A DNA stretch of 64,000 bases from Nitrospirota bacterium (GCA_021825295.1 JAKAHV010000005.1:8512-72511), one strand, 5' to 3'. Positions 19,700 to 28,807 are shown, counted from the first letter of the stretch. The notes: generated from the letters alone by a model not told the origin. Numbers and translations: made by a program.

Positions 19700-20383
19700 T
19701 CAGTTTTTCAGGTAGAGCTTTAACCGTTCGCCGAGCTTGACGGGGGATGTGGTAGTCCTGGGCATGAACTCGGTGGCCCCGGCCTTTATGGCGTGTTCCA
19801 CGTCGTTCACGGACGATGCGGTGGAGAGGACCAGGATCGGCGCGGACTCCATCCCCGGCCTTGCCCTGATTTCGCACAGCACCTCAAAACCGTTTGCCCC
19901 GCGCTGGTTTAAATCCATAAGGACAAGATCTACCTGTTCCCTGTCAATCAGGTCCAGGGCGGCGGAGCGGTCCGCCGCCTCGAATACGGTGAAGCCTTCG
20001 AGGACTATCCTGCTCCGGTATACCTGCATGGTTGTGACGTTTTCAGCCAGTATAAGCACCTTCTTCCTGGCCTGGCCGACGGCCTCGTGCTCGTGTTTTT
20101 TAATGAACGAGGACAGGACCTCCTGCTGTTCGGGCGTCATGTTTATGAACATCAGCCCCATCCCTACGCCGGCCTTTGAATGCTGTACACGCGCGGCGAC
20201 GTTAAGGGTGCCGCCATCGAGCGGGAGGGAGACGTCAATCATGTTTCCTGCGGGGAAATGGCGGCCGGTATGGATGTATATGCCGCCTTCGCTCAAGTCA
20301 AGGCCCATCGCGCTTATGACCTTGTTCAGGACGACCTGCCTTCTCAAGATCATCCTTGGCTTTTTGCGCTTTTCAATCCCCAA
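19700..20383 (-). CDS. PilZ domain - receiver domain fusion protein
   Basis: N-terminal PilZ motifs RMILR (RxxxR) and DLSEGG (DxSxxG). The C-terminal CheY-like receiver has the phospho-acceptor context DLVLMDLN, but AEN replaces the usual acidic pair. Confidence 0.75.
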   Translation of the reverse strand: MGIEKRKKPRMILRRQVVLNKVISAMGLDLSEGGIYIHTGRHFPAGNMIDVSLPLDGGTLNVAARVQHSKAGVGMGLMFINMTPEQQEVLSSFIKKHEHEAVGQARKKVLILAENVTTMQVYRSRIVLEGFTVFEAADRSAALDLIDREQVDLVLMDLNQRGANGFEVLCEIRARPGMESAPILVLSTASSVNDVEHAIKAGATEFMPRTTTSPVKLGERLKLYLKN

Positions 20384-20608
20384 TTCTCTCTCACCCCTGC
20401 AGCAAAATCTTCCGATCTCATTTTAAATGTTTCAAGCGGCCCAAAGCAACTTGCCCCATGCGGCCTCTGCCGGCGGAATTTCGCGGCGAAACGCAAAAAT
20501 GCCAGTGTCTTCCGGGCCTGGACCCCTCCCGAAGGCCGTGGATCCAAGCCAAAACCCTTCGTGGGCGCGGATTGCGGAGAGGCCGGGAAAACGTGCTAAA
20601 CTTTTGTT

Positions 20609-21604
20609 ATGAAACTTGTCTCGTTCGGTTTAAAACCGTCACCTCCCTTCAGGCTGGATTATACGGCCTGGGCCCTGCGCAGGATGCCAGACAACATCGT
20701 TGACTGCTGGGAGGACGGCCGGTACAGCAGGGTATTTTCGATAAACGGCAGGGCCTTCGCCGTTTCGGCCAGACAATGCGGCGATGCGGACAGGCCCCTG
20801 ATTGAAGTGGACGTGAGGGGCGACAGGATACCGGCGGCCTCCGTAAAAAGGATAAATTTCTCTCTCAGAAGGATGCTGGGGCTCGATATTGAGCTCTCCG
20901 GCTTTTATGAATTGGCAAAAAAAGACAGCCGGCTGGACGCTCTGGCCGGGGAATTTTACGGCCTGAAGCCGCCCCGCTTCGAAGGTCTCTACGAGGCGCT
21001 TGTGAACGCGGTGGCCTGCCAGCAGCTCTCACTCCTGGTCGGCATCCGGCTCCTGAACAGGCTTGCCCGTGCCTACGGCAAGGCATTTCCGGAGGGGGCC
21101 ATGCCGGCTTACAGCTTTCCGCCGCCGGAAAACCTGGCGGAGGCCCAGCCCTTGGAGCTTCGGGAACTCGGGTTCAGCGGCAACAAGGCGGCCTCCCTGA
21201 TCGGGATATCCCGCCTCGTTGCAAACGCGCGTCCGGGCAACGGCCGCGCGGACCTGGAGGCGGTCTCCGGGATGGATGACGTGGAGGCGGAAAAAAAGCT
21301 GATGTCATTCCGGGGGATCGGGCGCTGGAGCGCCCAGTATGTGCTTCTGAGGGGCCTTGGCAGACTGAGCGTCTTTCCAGGCGACGACGTGGGCGCCAGG
21401 ACGAAATTGAGGAACTGGCTTGGCATAAAGACCCCGCTTACCTATGAGGGGGTGGGAGAGGTCGTCTCCCGGTGGCATCCGTACGGCGGGTTCGTATATT
21501 TCCATCTGCTTCTTGAGAACCTGAAGGCAAGGGGATATCTGGATGCAGCCGCCCCAAAAAGGCCGCCAAGGTCCGGCAAGATATGCAAGGAGGCGACTGC
21601 GTGA
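20609..21604 (+). CDS. HhH-GPD superfamily DNA glycosylase (AlkA-like 3-methyladenine glycosylase II)
   Basis: Helix-hairpin-helix plus Gly/Pro-Asp region: LMSFRGIGRWSAQYVLLRGLGRLSVFPGDDVGARTKL. Confidence 0.75.
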   Translation: MKLVSFGLKPSPPFRLDYTAWALRRMPDNIVDCWEDGRYSRVFSINGRAFAVSARQCGDADRPLIEVDVRGDRIPAASVKRINFSLRRMLGLDIELSGFYELAKKDSRLDALAGEFYGLKPPRFEGLYEALVNAVACQQLSLLVGIRLLNRLARAYGKAFPEGAMPAYSFPPPENLAEAQPLELRELGFSGNKAASLIGISRLVANARPGNGRADLEAVSGMDDVEAEKKLMSFRGIGRWSAQYVLLRGLGRLSVFPGDDVGARTKLRNWLGIKTPLTYEGVGEVVSRWHPYGGFVYFHLLLENLKARGYLDAAAPKRPPRSGKICKEATA

Positions 21605-22170
21605 GCGAAAGCCGGGTCGTATATACCATCGGCCATTCCACGCGTTCAAGCGAGGACTTGATAAAGATGCTCAAAAAAGAAGGCGTGCAGGCCGTCTGCG
21701 ACGTGCGCACGGTGCCCAGGAGCTCGTTCAATCCCCAGTTCAACATAGACACCTTTCCGGGGGAGCTCAAAAAGGCCGGGATAGAATATTTCCACGTGAA
21801 GGGGCTCGGGGGGCTGAGACACCCGGAAAAAACCTCGCCCAATACCGGCTGGCATAACGCCTCTTTCCGCGGGTTCGCCGATTACATGCAGACGCCGGAG
21901 TTCGAGCGGAGCCTGCATGAGCTTATTGAAATCGCCTCCAGCCGGAAGGTGGCCATCATGTGCGCGGAGGCGGTGCCATGGCGGTGCCACCGCCTGCTCA
22001 TAGCGGACGCGCTTGCCGTGCGCGGCTGGCAGGTGGAGCATATCGTGGGCGTAAAGGGGTTCCAGCATCATGAGCTTACCTCCTTTTTGAAGGCGGAGGG
22101 GACGAAGATCACCTACCCGGAGAAGGAGACGCCCGCCGGCGTGCCCTCGAAAGAGAAGACGAAGAAATAA
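21583..22170 (+). CDS. DUF488 domain protein
   Basis: VYTIGHSTRS...LIKMLKKEGVQAVCDVRTVPRS and CAEAVPWRCHR are DUF488 hallmarks. An alternative GTG start at 21601 overlaps the glycosylase stop (GTGA). Confidence 0.8.
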   Translation: MQGGDCVSESRVVYTIGHSTRSSEDLIKMLKKEGVQAVCDVRTVPRSSFNPQFNIDTFPGELKKAGIEYFHVKGLGGLRHPEKTSPNTGWHNASFRGFADYMQTPEFERSLHELIEIASSRKVAIMCAEAVPWRCHRLLIADALAVRGWQVEHIVGVKGFQHHELTSFLKAEGTKITYPEKETPAGVPSKEKTKK

Positions 22171-22234
22171 AATTAAACCCCGCCGCGGGTGCATCACGGT
22201 TTTCAAAATGGGGGGATTGAGTATATATTAGTAT

Positions 22235-23155
22235 ATGAATTTCTCGCGCGCGGCCGCACGGCTCACTCTCATTGTGCTTTGCCTGCTTCTTGCCGTCTCG
22301 TGCGCGCCGAAGACAGCCCCGCCGCCGGTCCCCGCCCAGCCCAGACCTGCGAGGATCGCCCTGGTGCTTGGGGCCGGGGCCGCAAGGGGGTTTGCCCACA
22401 TCGGGGTGCTGAAGGTGCTCGAAGAAAACCATATCCCGATAAGCATGATTGTCGGCACAAGCGCGGGAAGTCTCGTTGGCAGCCTCTTTGCCTACGGCTA
22501 CAGCCCGTATCAGCTTGAAAAGCTGGCCATCTCCATCAAGAAAGACGATCTTGTCGACCTGACAATACCAAGCGGCGGCTTCATCAGGGGGCGCAAACTT
22601 GAGGATTTCGTAAACCGCTGCGTGAGGAACACGCCCATGGAAAAGCTTAAGATACCCTTTTACGCCGTGGCCACCGACATACAAAGCGGCAGGGAGGTCG
22701 TCTTCGGCAGGGGCAACACTGGAGAGGCGGTAAGGGCAAGCTGCTCCATCCCGGGCATCTTCCAGCCCGCCCCGATAGGCGGCAGGCTGTATGTGGATGG
22801 CGGCGTGGCAAGTCCGTTGCCGGTCGAGGAAGCAAGGAGGTACGGGGCCGATATGGTCATAGCCGTGGACATATCGGCGGACCTCGATACCAGCCGGCCC
22901 TCAGGCATAATGGACGTGGTCTTCAAGACCGTGGGCATCATGTACGGCGAACTGGAGAAGGCCGAGGCCTCGAAGGCCGACATCCTCATCAGACCGCGTG
23001 TGGGAGACATAGGCTCATCCGATTTCTCGAAGAGGTACGACGCCATCCTTGAGGGCGAGAGGGCTGCCGAACAGGCCATGCCCGCCATAAAGGCAAAGAT
23101 AAACCAGTTGAGAGAGGCCGGAAGACTGCCGCTTTATTCCTCGGCGGGCAGGTGA
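22235..23155 (+). CDS. patatin-like phospholipase (RssA-like) with signal/lipobox-like N-terminus
   Basis: Oxyanion loop LGAGAARG, nucleophile elbow GTSAGS, and a DGG catalytic Asp motif (YVDGGVAS). Confidence 0.85.
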   Translation: MNFSRAAARLTLIVLCLLLAVSCAPKTAPPPVPAQPRPARIALVLGAGAARGFAHIGVLKVLEENHIPISMIVGTSAGSLVGSLFAYGYSPYQLEKLAISIKKDDLVDLTIPSGGFIRGRKLEDFVNRCVRNTPMEKLKIPFYAVATDIQSGREVVFGRGNTGEAVRASCSIPGIFQPAPIGGRLYVDGGVASPLPVEEARRYGADMVIAVDISADLDTSRPSGIMDVVFKTVGIMYGELEKAEASKADILIRPRVGDIGSSDFSKRYDAILEGERAAEQAMPAIKAKINQLREAGRLPLYSSAGR

Positions 23156-23194
23156 TCGGTTCCTGATTAAAGGCAGGGCCGGCAGGACATCCCC

Positions 23195-23974
23195 ATGAAC
23201 GAAAAAGATTTCAGCCGCCTGAAAAGGCGGTTCCTGCGATATGCGGACGGTTACCGGATGGATAAGCCGGATGAACAACGCAATATCGCCCTTAAAAGAA
23301 AGCACACGCTAAAAGTCTGCCGGGAGATGGGTTTCATAACCCGCGGCGAGGGGCTCGGGGCGGAGGACGCCCTCCTGGCAAGGACAACCGCCCTGCTGCA
23401 CGACATAGGCAGGTTCCCCCAGTACGCGAAGTTCAAGACATTCAATGACGGGGCTTCGGTAAACCACGGGCAGCTCGGGGCGGAGATCCTCCTGAAAGGG
23501 GACTTCCTGGAGGGCCTCGCCCGGAGGGAGCAGTCTCTTGTAATCAGGACCGTGAGATACCACAACGCGTTTGCCGTCCCCAGGCTGGACAAAAGGACCG
23601 TCTTTTTCCTGAAACTGGTCCGCGACGCGGACAAGCTTGACATCTGGAGGGTATTCATCGAGTATTTCGGGCTGGGAAAAAACAAGAGGCCGACCGCAGC
23701 GGGCCAGGACCTTCCGGATGGGGAGGACATCTCCCCCGGCGCGCTCCGCAGGGTCCTCGAGAACCGCCTGATCACCCTTGCCGAAGTGCACAACTTGAAC
23801 GACTACAAACTCCTTCTCCTGTCGTGGGTTTTCGGCATCAATTTCAGGACCACCTTCCGTCTTTTCCGGAAAAGACGCTGCCTTGAGCGGCTCGCGGCCT
23901 ATCTGCCGCCGGGAGAACCCACGGGCAGGGTCGTCCGCCACCTGAAGGAATTCGTCTCCGTCAGATCTTCCTGA
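23195..23974 (+). CDS. HD-domain protein of unknown specificity
   Basis: An H...HD metal motif (KHTLKV...ALLHDIGR) and a later D (RDADKLD). 259 aa. Confidence 0.65.
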   Translation: MNEKDFSRLKRRFLRYADGYRMDKPDEQRNIALKRKHTLKVCREMGFITRGEGLGAEDALLARTTALLHDIGRFPQYAKFKTFNDGASVNHGQLGAEILLKGDFLEGLARREQSLVIRTVRYHNAFAVPRLDKRTVFFLKLVRDADKLDIWRVFIEYFGLGKNKRPTAAGQDLPDGEDISPGALRRVLENRLITLAEVHNLNDYKLLLLSWVFGINFRTTFRLFRKRRCLERLAAYLPPGEPTGRVVRHLKEFVSVRSS

Positions 23975-25025
23975 GCAAAAGCGCGTGGGCCGAAAGCCCC
24001 GCCCCGAAGGCGACCATCATGAGCCAATCGCCCCTCTCCACCCTGGCCGAGTCCATTATCCGTCTCAGGACGAACCATACTGTCGGGGAGGACATGTTTC
24101 CGAAATCAACCAGCACCTGCCTTGCCGCGGCTACCTGCTCCTCCGACAGACCTATGGCGTCCCTCACGGAGTTGATGATCTTTTCCCCGCCGGTATGGAG
24201 CGCCCAATGCCTGATGTCTCCCCGCCCGAGGCCGGCCAGGGACAGCGCTTCATCGACGGCCCTGCGGGCGGCCTCTTTTACGAGGGCCGGCAGGTCTTCG
24301 GAGAGTTGGTTATGGAGCTGGCCGCCCTTATGGACAAACCTGATGGACTCCCTCTGTTCGGGGGCGTAAAAGGCCGCCCCCGCGCCTATCCGAAACCCCT
24401 GCGGACGGTCCCACAGGACGGCCGCGGCCGCCCCGTCGGCAAAAAGCGCGTTTGAGAGCATGAGGCTGATGTCCTCTCCCATCTGGAAGGTGCAACTGCA
24501 TATCTCGACCGAGACGCTCGCCGTGACCCCGCCGGGGGGGCAGAGGGCCCTGGCCGCCTGGAGATTGGGGATTGCCCCGCCGCAGCCAGCCCCGGCCAGG
24601 TCGAAGGCCCAGATTGTCCTTGAAAGCCCCATTTTTTCTATCAGGTAGGTCGAGATGCCCGGGCATATATAGCCCGTGCAGGTGTTCACCACTATGTGGG
24701 TCAGTTGTGAGGGGGAGATGCCCGCCCGGGCGAGCGCCCCGCCAAGCGCCTCCGCCCCAAGCCGGACCGCTTCTTCCGTAAAGCGGGCAATGCGGGCGTC
24801 AGGGTCCTCGCAGACGAGCGAGGCGGGGTCCTTCAGGGCGAAATGCCTGTTTGCGACTGACGGGTGCTCAAAGATTTTCTTCATGAGTTTCAGGGCCCTT
24901 CTGCCCAGCCGCCCGCTATAGTTTTGCTCCAGAAACTCCCGGGCCTGCCGCTGGCTTGCCCGAAACGCGGGGACGGCGACATCGAATGCCCCCAGATAAA
25001 TTTCCCGCTCCGCCGTCATGACCAC
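23961..25025 (-). CDS. type III polyketide synthase (chalcone/stilbene synthase family)
   Basis: Catalytic Cys context NTCTGYICPG, His WALHTGGEKI and Asn FGNMSSPTV. 354 aa. Confidence 0.85.
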   Translation of the reverse strand: MVMTAEREIYLGAFDVAVPAFRASQRQAREFLEQNYSGRLGRRALKLMKKIFEHPSVANRHFALKDPASLVCEDPDARIARFTEEAVRLGAEALGGALARAGISPSQLTHIVVNTCTGYICPGISTYLIEKMGLSRTIWAFDLAGAGCGGAIPNLQAARALCPPGGVTASVSVEICSCTFQMGEDISLMLSNALFADGAAAAVLWDRPQGFRIGAGAAFYAPEQRESIRFVHKGGQLHNQLSEDLPALVKEAARRAVDEALSLAGLGRGDIRHWALHTGGEKIINSVRDAIGLSEEQVAAARQVLVDFGNMSSPTVWFVLRRIMDSARVERGDWLMMVAFGAGLSAHALLLRKI

Positions 25026-26512
25026 CCGTTGTAGAGGCCCAATGTCCTAAGGGCGCCCCTTATGAAGACAGTATGGCGCCAGAGCGGCTGTTTAAATCCA
25101 AGCCAGTGGAAGAGCCGTCCGATCCGGGGCAGGAGGTTCAGGCCGAGGGAGCCGGAGTTGATAAAATTCATGTGGTGGCGCATCCGCTCGCCGATCTCGC
25201 TCATGATCCAGCCGGGGCTTACCTCCGGGGATGTGTAGAAGACCGGCTCCAGCATCTCTTCCGGGGCAAGCGATAAAACCCCCTGGCGCCTCGCGATGCC
25301 TTCCAGCCCGGTCCCCGGATATATTCGCAGGCCGATATTGAAAAAAACGGGATCGGAGGTGCGTATGCGCCTGCTGGCGAACTCCAGGGTCTCCCTGACA
25401 GTCGACTTTGTCTCGCCCGGGCCGCCCAGCAGGAATATCCAGAAGCATGGAAGTGCGTGGCGCCTCATCACCTCCGCGGCTCTGCGGACATGCCCCTCGT
25501 CGTAGCCCTTGCAAAGACCATCCAGCACCTTGCCGGAAGCGCTCTCCGCGGTGATGCCCGCGCCGACAAAACCGGCCCGCTCCATCTCATCAATGAGGTT
25601 GTCGTCGATGAAAAGCGGATTGAGCTCGATGGTCTGGAGCCTGGGCCTTCCGCCGGGCCCGCCGGAAGATCGTGAAAGTGAAATCTCCTGGCAGACGGCG
25701 AGGGCATGCTCGTAGGGCGAGTTGAAGACATTGTCCACGAACTCGATGTCCCTGAGCCCGGAGGCGCAGAGCCTGCGGACCGCCTCGGCTGCGAGGCCGG
25801 GCGGAGAAAGCCTGTAACGGCCGCCCTCTATCTTCCTGTAGGTGCAATAGACGCAATTGAACCCGCAGCCGGCCTTGGTCTGGACGGCGGCGGTGGCAAA
25901 AAGCCCCGCGTATCTTTTAACATCCACCCACCTGCTGTAATCCGCGGAGATGGCGCGCCCGGAGAGCGACGTCCCGTCTGAAGGGGGCGCCGTCCTTATC
26001 AGCGTCCCTTTCTCCAGCCATGCCGTGCCTGGCGTGAGGCCCGCCGCCTCGCGCAGGCCGCGCCCCTCCCCCAATCTTTCAAGCAGGAGGGGAAAGACCG
26101 TCTCTCCATCGGACAATACGGCGCAGCCGGCGCCGCTCAGCCTCAAAAGCGCCTCCGGCATGACGGCGACAGCCGGGCCGCCGAGCACAACGGGCGGCTT
26201 TTTGCCCCGGCTGCGGCAAGACCCCTCCGGGCCCAGAAGCGCGGCAAGGCTTCGGACCTCACGGGCCGCATAGAAGAGGGGGGTTTGCATGTCGTTATTG
26301 TCTATGTTTCTCATGGAGACGCCGGCAACATCGGGGGAGAAGCCGTGGAGGGCGGCGGCTACGGCGCGACCGGGGTCGGGCTCGAACATGAGGTCCAGAA
26401 ATTTCACTTCATGGCCCGCATCCTGTGCCGCCTCGGCCACAAGACAAGCCCCTGCGGGCATCACAGGCACCGGCAACCTGTTTCTGTTTGACGCAATCAC
26501 GAGCACCTTCAT
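25016..26512 (-). CDS. B12-binding-domain radical SAM enzyme
   Basis: MKVLVIASNRNRLPVPVMPAGACLVAEAAQDAGHEVKFLDL is a cobalamin-binding Rossmann-like N-terminus. It also has the CxxxCxxC cluster GCGFNCVYCTY. I use the ATG at 26512, since the upstream 80 codons of the track ORF have no homology-like features. The stop overlaps the PKS start by 10 nt. Confidence 0.85.
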   Translation of the reverse strand: MKVLVIASNRNRLPVPVMPAGACLVAEAAQDAGHEVKFLDLMFEPDPGRAVAAALHGFSPDVAGVSMRNIDNNDMQTPLFYAAREVRSLAALLGPEGSCRSRGKKPPVVLGGPAVAVMPEALLRLSGAGCAVLSDGETVFPLLLERLGEGRGLREAAGLTPGTAWLEKGTLIRTAPPSDGTSLSGRAISADYSRWVDVKRYAGLFATAAVQTKAGCGFNCVYCTYRKIEGGRYRLSPPGLAAEAVRRLCASGLRDIEFVDNVFNSPYEHALAVCQEISLSRSSGGPGGRPRLQTIELNPLFIDDNLIDEMERAGFVGAGITAESASGKVLDGLCKGYDEGHVRRAAEVMRRHALPCFWIFLLGGPGETKSTVRETLEFASRRIRTSDPVFFNIGLRIYPGTGLEGIARRQGVLSLAPEEMLEPVFYTSPEVSPGWIMSEIGERMRHHMNFINSGSLGLNLLPRIGRLFHWLGFKQPLWRHTVFIRGALRTLGLYNGWS

Positions 26513-26664
26513 GACCCGGATTTCTCCCGCTCCCAGGAAATCGCGGCGATTTACCCAAAGGAATTCCCGAAGAGCCCGAAATTTTAAGAAGGGGGCAGGT
26601 CCCGGAAAAATTATATCAGGCTGCGGCCGTCTGGCATAGACTATATGAAAAACCCGAAGAAGCT

Positions 26665-26842
26665 GGAACCTATCTCCAAATTGACTCCGAAGCGAAAGAG
26701 AGAGGAAATCGTGGCAGACAAGGAGAAAAGGAAAAATCGCCCGGAGGCGCAACAGCGTTTCGTTGAGGACGATTTTTCCTTGGCGACACCGAATGCTGCG
26801 ATTTCAGCCTCTTGCAGCCGGAAGCGATTTTGAGATAGGTTC
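26665..26842. repeat. 178-bp inverted-repeat element (family E)
   Basis: ggaacctatctccaaatt at 26665-26682 faces agcgattttgagataggttc at 26823-26842. There is a nested stem aaggaaaaatcg / cgatttttcctt. The 20-mer ggaacctatctcaaaatcgct also occurs at 3412-3432. Confidence 0.55.
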
Positions 26843-27978
26843 TAAAACGTGACCCTGTTTTTGCCGGCCCTCTTGGAGTCGTACAGGGCGACGTCGGCCC
26901 GCTTCAGGATCTCGTTTGGGTCGGGGATGCCGTTGTAAGCGGCGATGCCCAGGCTGAGGGTGGGTCTCACCGTGATGTCTTCCGGGTAGCTTATGTCCTC
27001 CACCATATGGCGGATCCTCTCGGCAAATCCACCCGCGCCTTCAAGCGGCGTCTGCGGCAGGATGAGCATGAACTCGTCACCTCCAAGTCGCCCCAGGATA
27101 TCGGATTTTCTCAGCGCCCCCGAGAGGGTCTGCGCTACCGTTCGAAGCACCCTGTCGCCGGCCTCGTGCCCAAGGGTGTCGTTTACCAGCTTGAAGTTAT
27201 CGAGGTCGCAGATTATGAGGGAAAGCGGGGCATGGTATCTCCTGGCCCTGTCCACTTCGTATTCGAGCCTCTCAAGCAGGGCCCTTTTATTGAGGAGCCC
27301 GGTCAGGTCATCGGACCTGGAAAGCTGCTCCAGCTTCTCTATGAAGCGCTTTCTTTCCATCTCCGAGGCCTTCCTGCTCGTTATGTCCCGGACATACTCG
27401 ATCACATGGGAGACCCTCGCGTTCGAGTCCAGGATCGGATAGGTATAGATCTCGACCCATGCGTCGGCGCCGTCTGGGAGGCGCAGCCGCTTCTCTTTCG
27501 CGCAGGGATTGGTGGTAAGCATCGTTTTTTGCACGACGCAGTCCTCGCATACGGAGGCGCGGCCCTGCATCTCATAGCACCGGCTGCCGCCTGTCAGCTC
27601 CGCTACGGTCCTGTTCTTCAAGGCGGCGTACTCGCTGTTTACCTTTACTATGCGGAAGTCGTTTGAGAAGATGCTGAAGGGGTCGCGGATGCTTTCGAAT
27701 ACGTCGCCCAGGAAACGCGAAGACCTTCTCATCGCGTCTTCCGAGCGCTTCTGCTCCTTCAGTATGAACTGGACTATAAGAGTGGATATGACGGCCGAGA
27801 CTACAAGGGCGTCTATGGCGCCTGTCAGAAGCAGGCCGGCGTCGATGCGCCCATCTCTTATAAGGCTCAAGGCCGTGTTAAACAGGGCTACAAGGGATTC
27901 AGATACAAAAAATGAAGTCCAGAGAAGGTGCCGGGGACTTGAGGACTTGAACTTCTCAAAAAGATTTCTCCCCCCCAT
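26842..27978 (-). CDS. PAS-domain diguanylate cyclase (GGDEF)
   Basis: N-terminal membrane segments, a PAS domain, and a GGDEF domain with an intact active site (RLGGDEFMLIL). Confidence 0.85.
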   Translation of the reverse strand: MGGRNLFEKFKSSSPRHLLWTSFFVSESLVALFNTALSLIRDGRIDAGLLLTGAIDALVVSAVISTLIVQFILKEQKRSEDAMRRSSRFLGDVFESIRDPFSIFSNDFRIVKVNSEYAALKNRTVAELTGGSRCYEMQGRASVCEDCVVQKTMLTTNPCAKEKRLRLPDGADAWVEIYTYPILDSNARVSHVIEYVRDITSRKASEMERKRFIEKLEQLSRSDDLTGLLNKRALLERLEYEVDRARRYHAPLSLIICDLDNFKLVNDTLGHEAGDRVLRTVAQTLSGALRKSDILGRLGGDEFMLILPQTPLEGAGGFAERIRHMVEDISYPEDITVRPTLSLGIAAYNGIPDPNEILKRADVALYDSKRAGKNRVTF

Positions 27979-28160
27979 CAGCCGCTACTCTGACACCGCT
28001 TTTCGGGCATGCACTTTGGGCAACCCAGCCCCCGGCCGTCTAAAAAGCCGTTTTCTCCCCTCCCCCGCACTGGCAGATATGCCGGAACCCCGGCCCCTGC
28101 TTCTCCCGAAGTTATTATGCAAAACCAAACGACAGGAATTCAAGGGGTGAATGGGGAGCG

Positions 28161-28194
28161 GGCAGATGCCAGCCCCGCAAATCTGACCAGGCCC
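28161..28194. repeat. solo end fragment of the family A element (copy A3)
   Basis: ggcagatgccagccccgcaaatctgaccaggccc matches the right end of copy A1 (14922-14956) with 3 mismatches. I could not find a matching left end. Confidence 0.5.
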
Positions 28195-28340
28195 GGGAAA
28201 TGGATAGCGGCTTTGGGAGACCCCGGCGGACAGTTCCATTGCCGGAGGGGAGATGATCGCATTCCTTGACTGCCCGCTTCTTTTTGATAGCCTTGAAGAA
28301 AGGGGATTGGACGGTTTTCAGTTTAAAGGAGGTTTTGACT

Positions 28341-28763
28341 ATGACCGTCAGACAGTACATGAACAAGAATGTAATTTCGCTTCCCACATCGTCAACCCTT
28401 CTTGAAGCCGCCCGGCTGATGAAGGATAAAAAGGTAGGCTCGATCATAATCGAGGAAAACCTCAAGGTCAAGGGAATATTGACCGACAGGGACATCGCAT
28501 TTGCCGTTGCTGCCGGCGGGAAGGACCCCAGCTCCACGCTGGTCAGCGACATAATGGTTCAGGACCCCATAACCGTCGACGCCGATGCGGACCTGGACTC
28601 CGCCCTGAGGATAATGAACAGGGCAAGCGTGAGACGGCTTCCGGTGCTAGAAAACGGCAAACTCTCCGGGGTGATTTCCTCCGCTGACATAGCCTGCGCC
28701 ATGAAAGAGCAGATAAACCAGTTCATGGGGCTCGAAGAGTCTTACACTGGCGTCAAGGGATAA
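28341..28763 (+). CDS. CBS-domain pair protein
   Basis: Two CBS repeats (VISLPTSSTLLEAARLM...GILTDRDI and PITVDADADLDSALRIMNRASVRRLPV). A strong AAGGAGG lies 8 nt before the ATG at 28341, so the track start at 28266 is rejected. Confidence 0.8.
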   Translation: MTVRQYMNKNVISLPTSSTLLEAARLMKDKKVGSIIIEENLKVKGILTDRDIAFAVAAGGKDPSSTLVSDIMVQDPITVDADADLDSALRIMNRASVRRLPVLENGKLSGVISSADIACAMKEQINQFMGLEESYTGVKG

Positions 28764-28807
28764 GGGATCTCCAGGCCCGCCTAAAACCAATCCCCTTTTG
28801 GTATCGC

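Noticed and set aside
26513-26752. 80-codon N-terminal extension of the radical SAM ORF.
   Set aside because: The B12-binding domain begins at MKVLVIAS (ATG 26512). The extension runs into the family E repeat region and has no motif.
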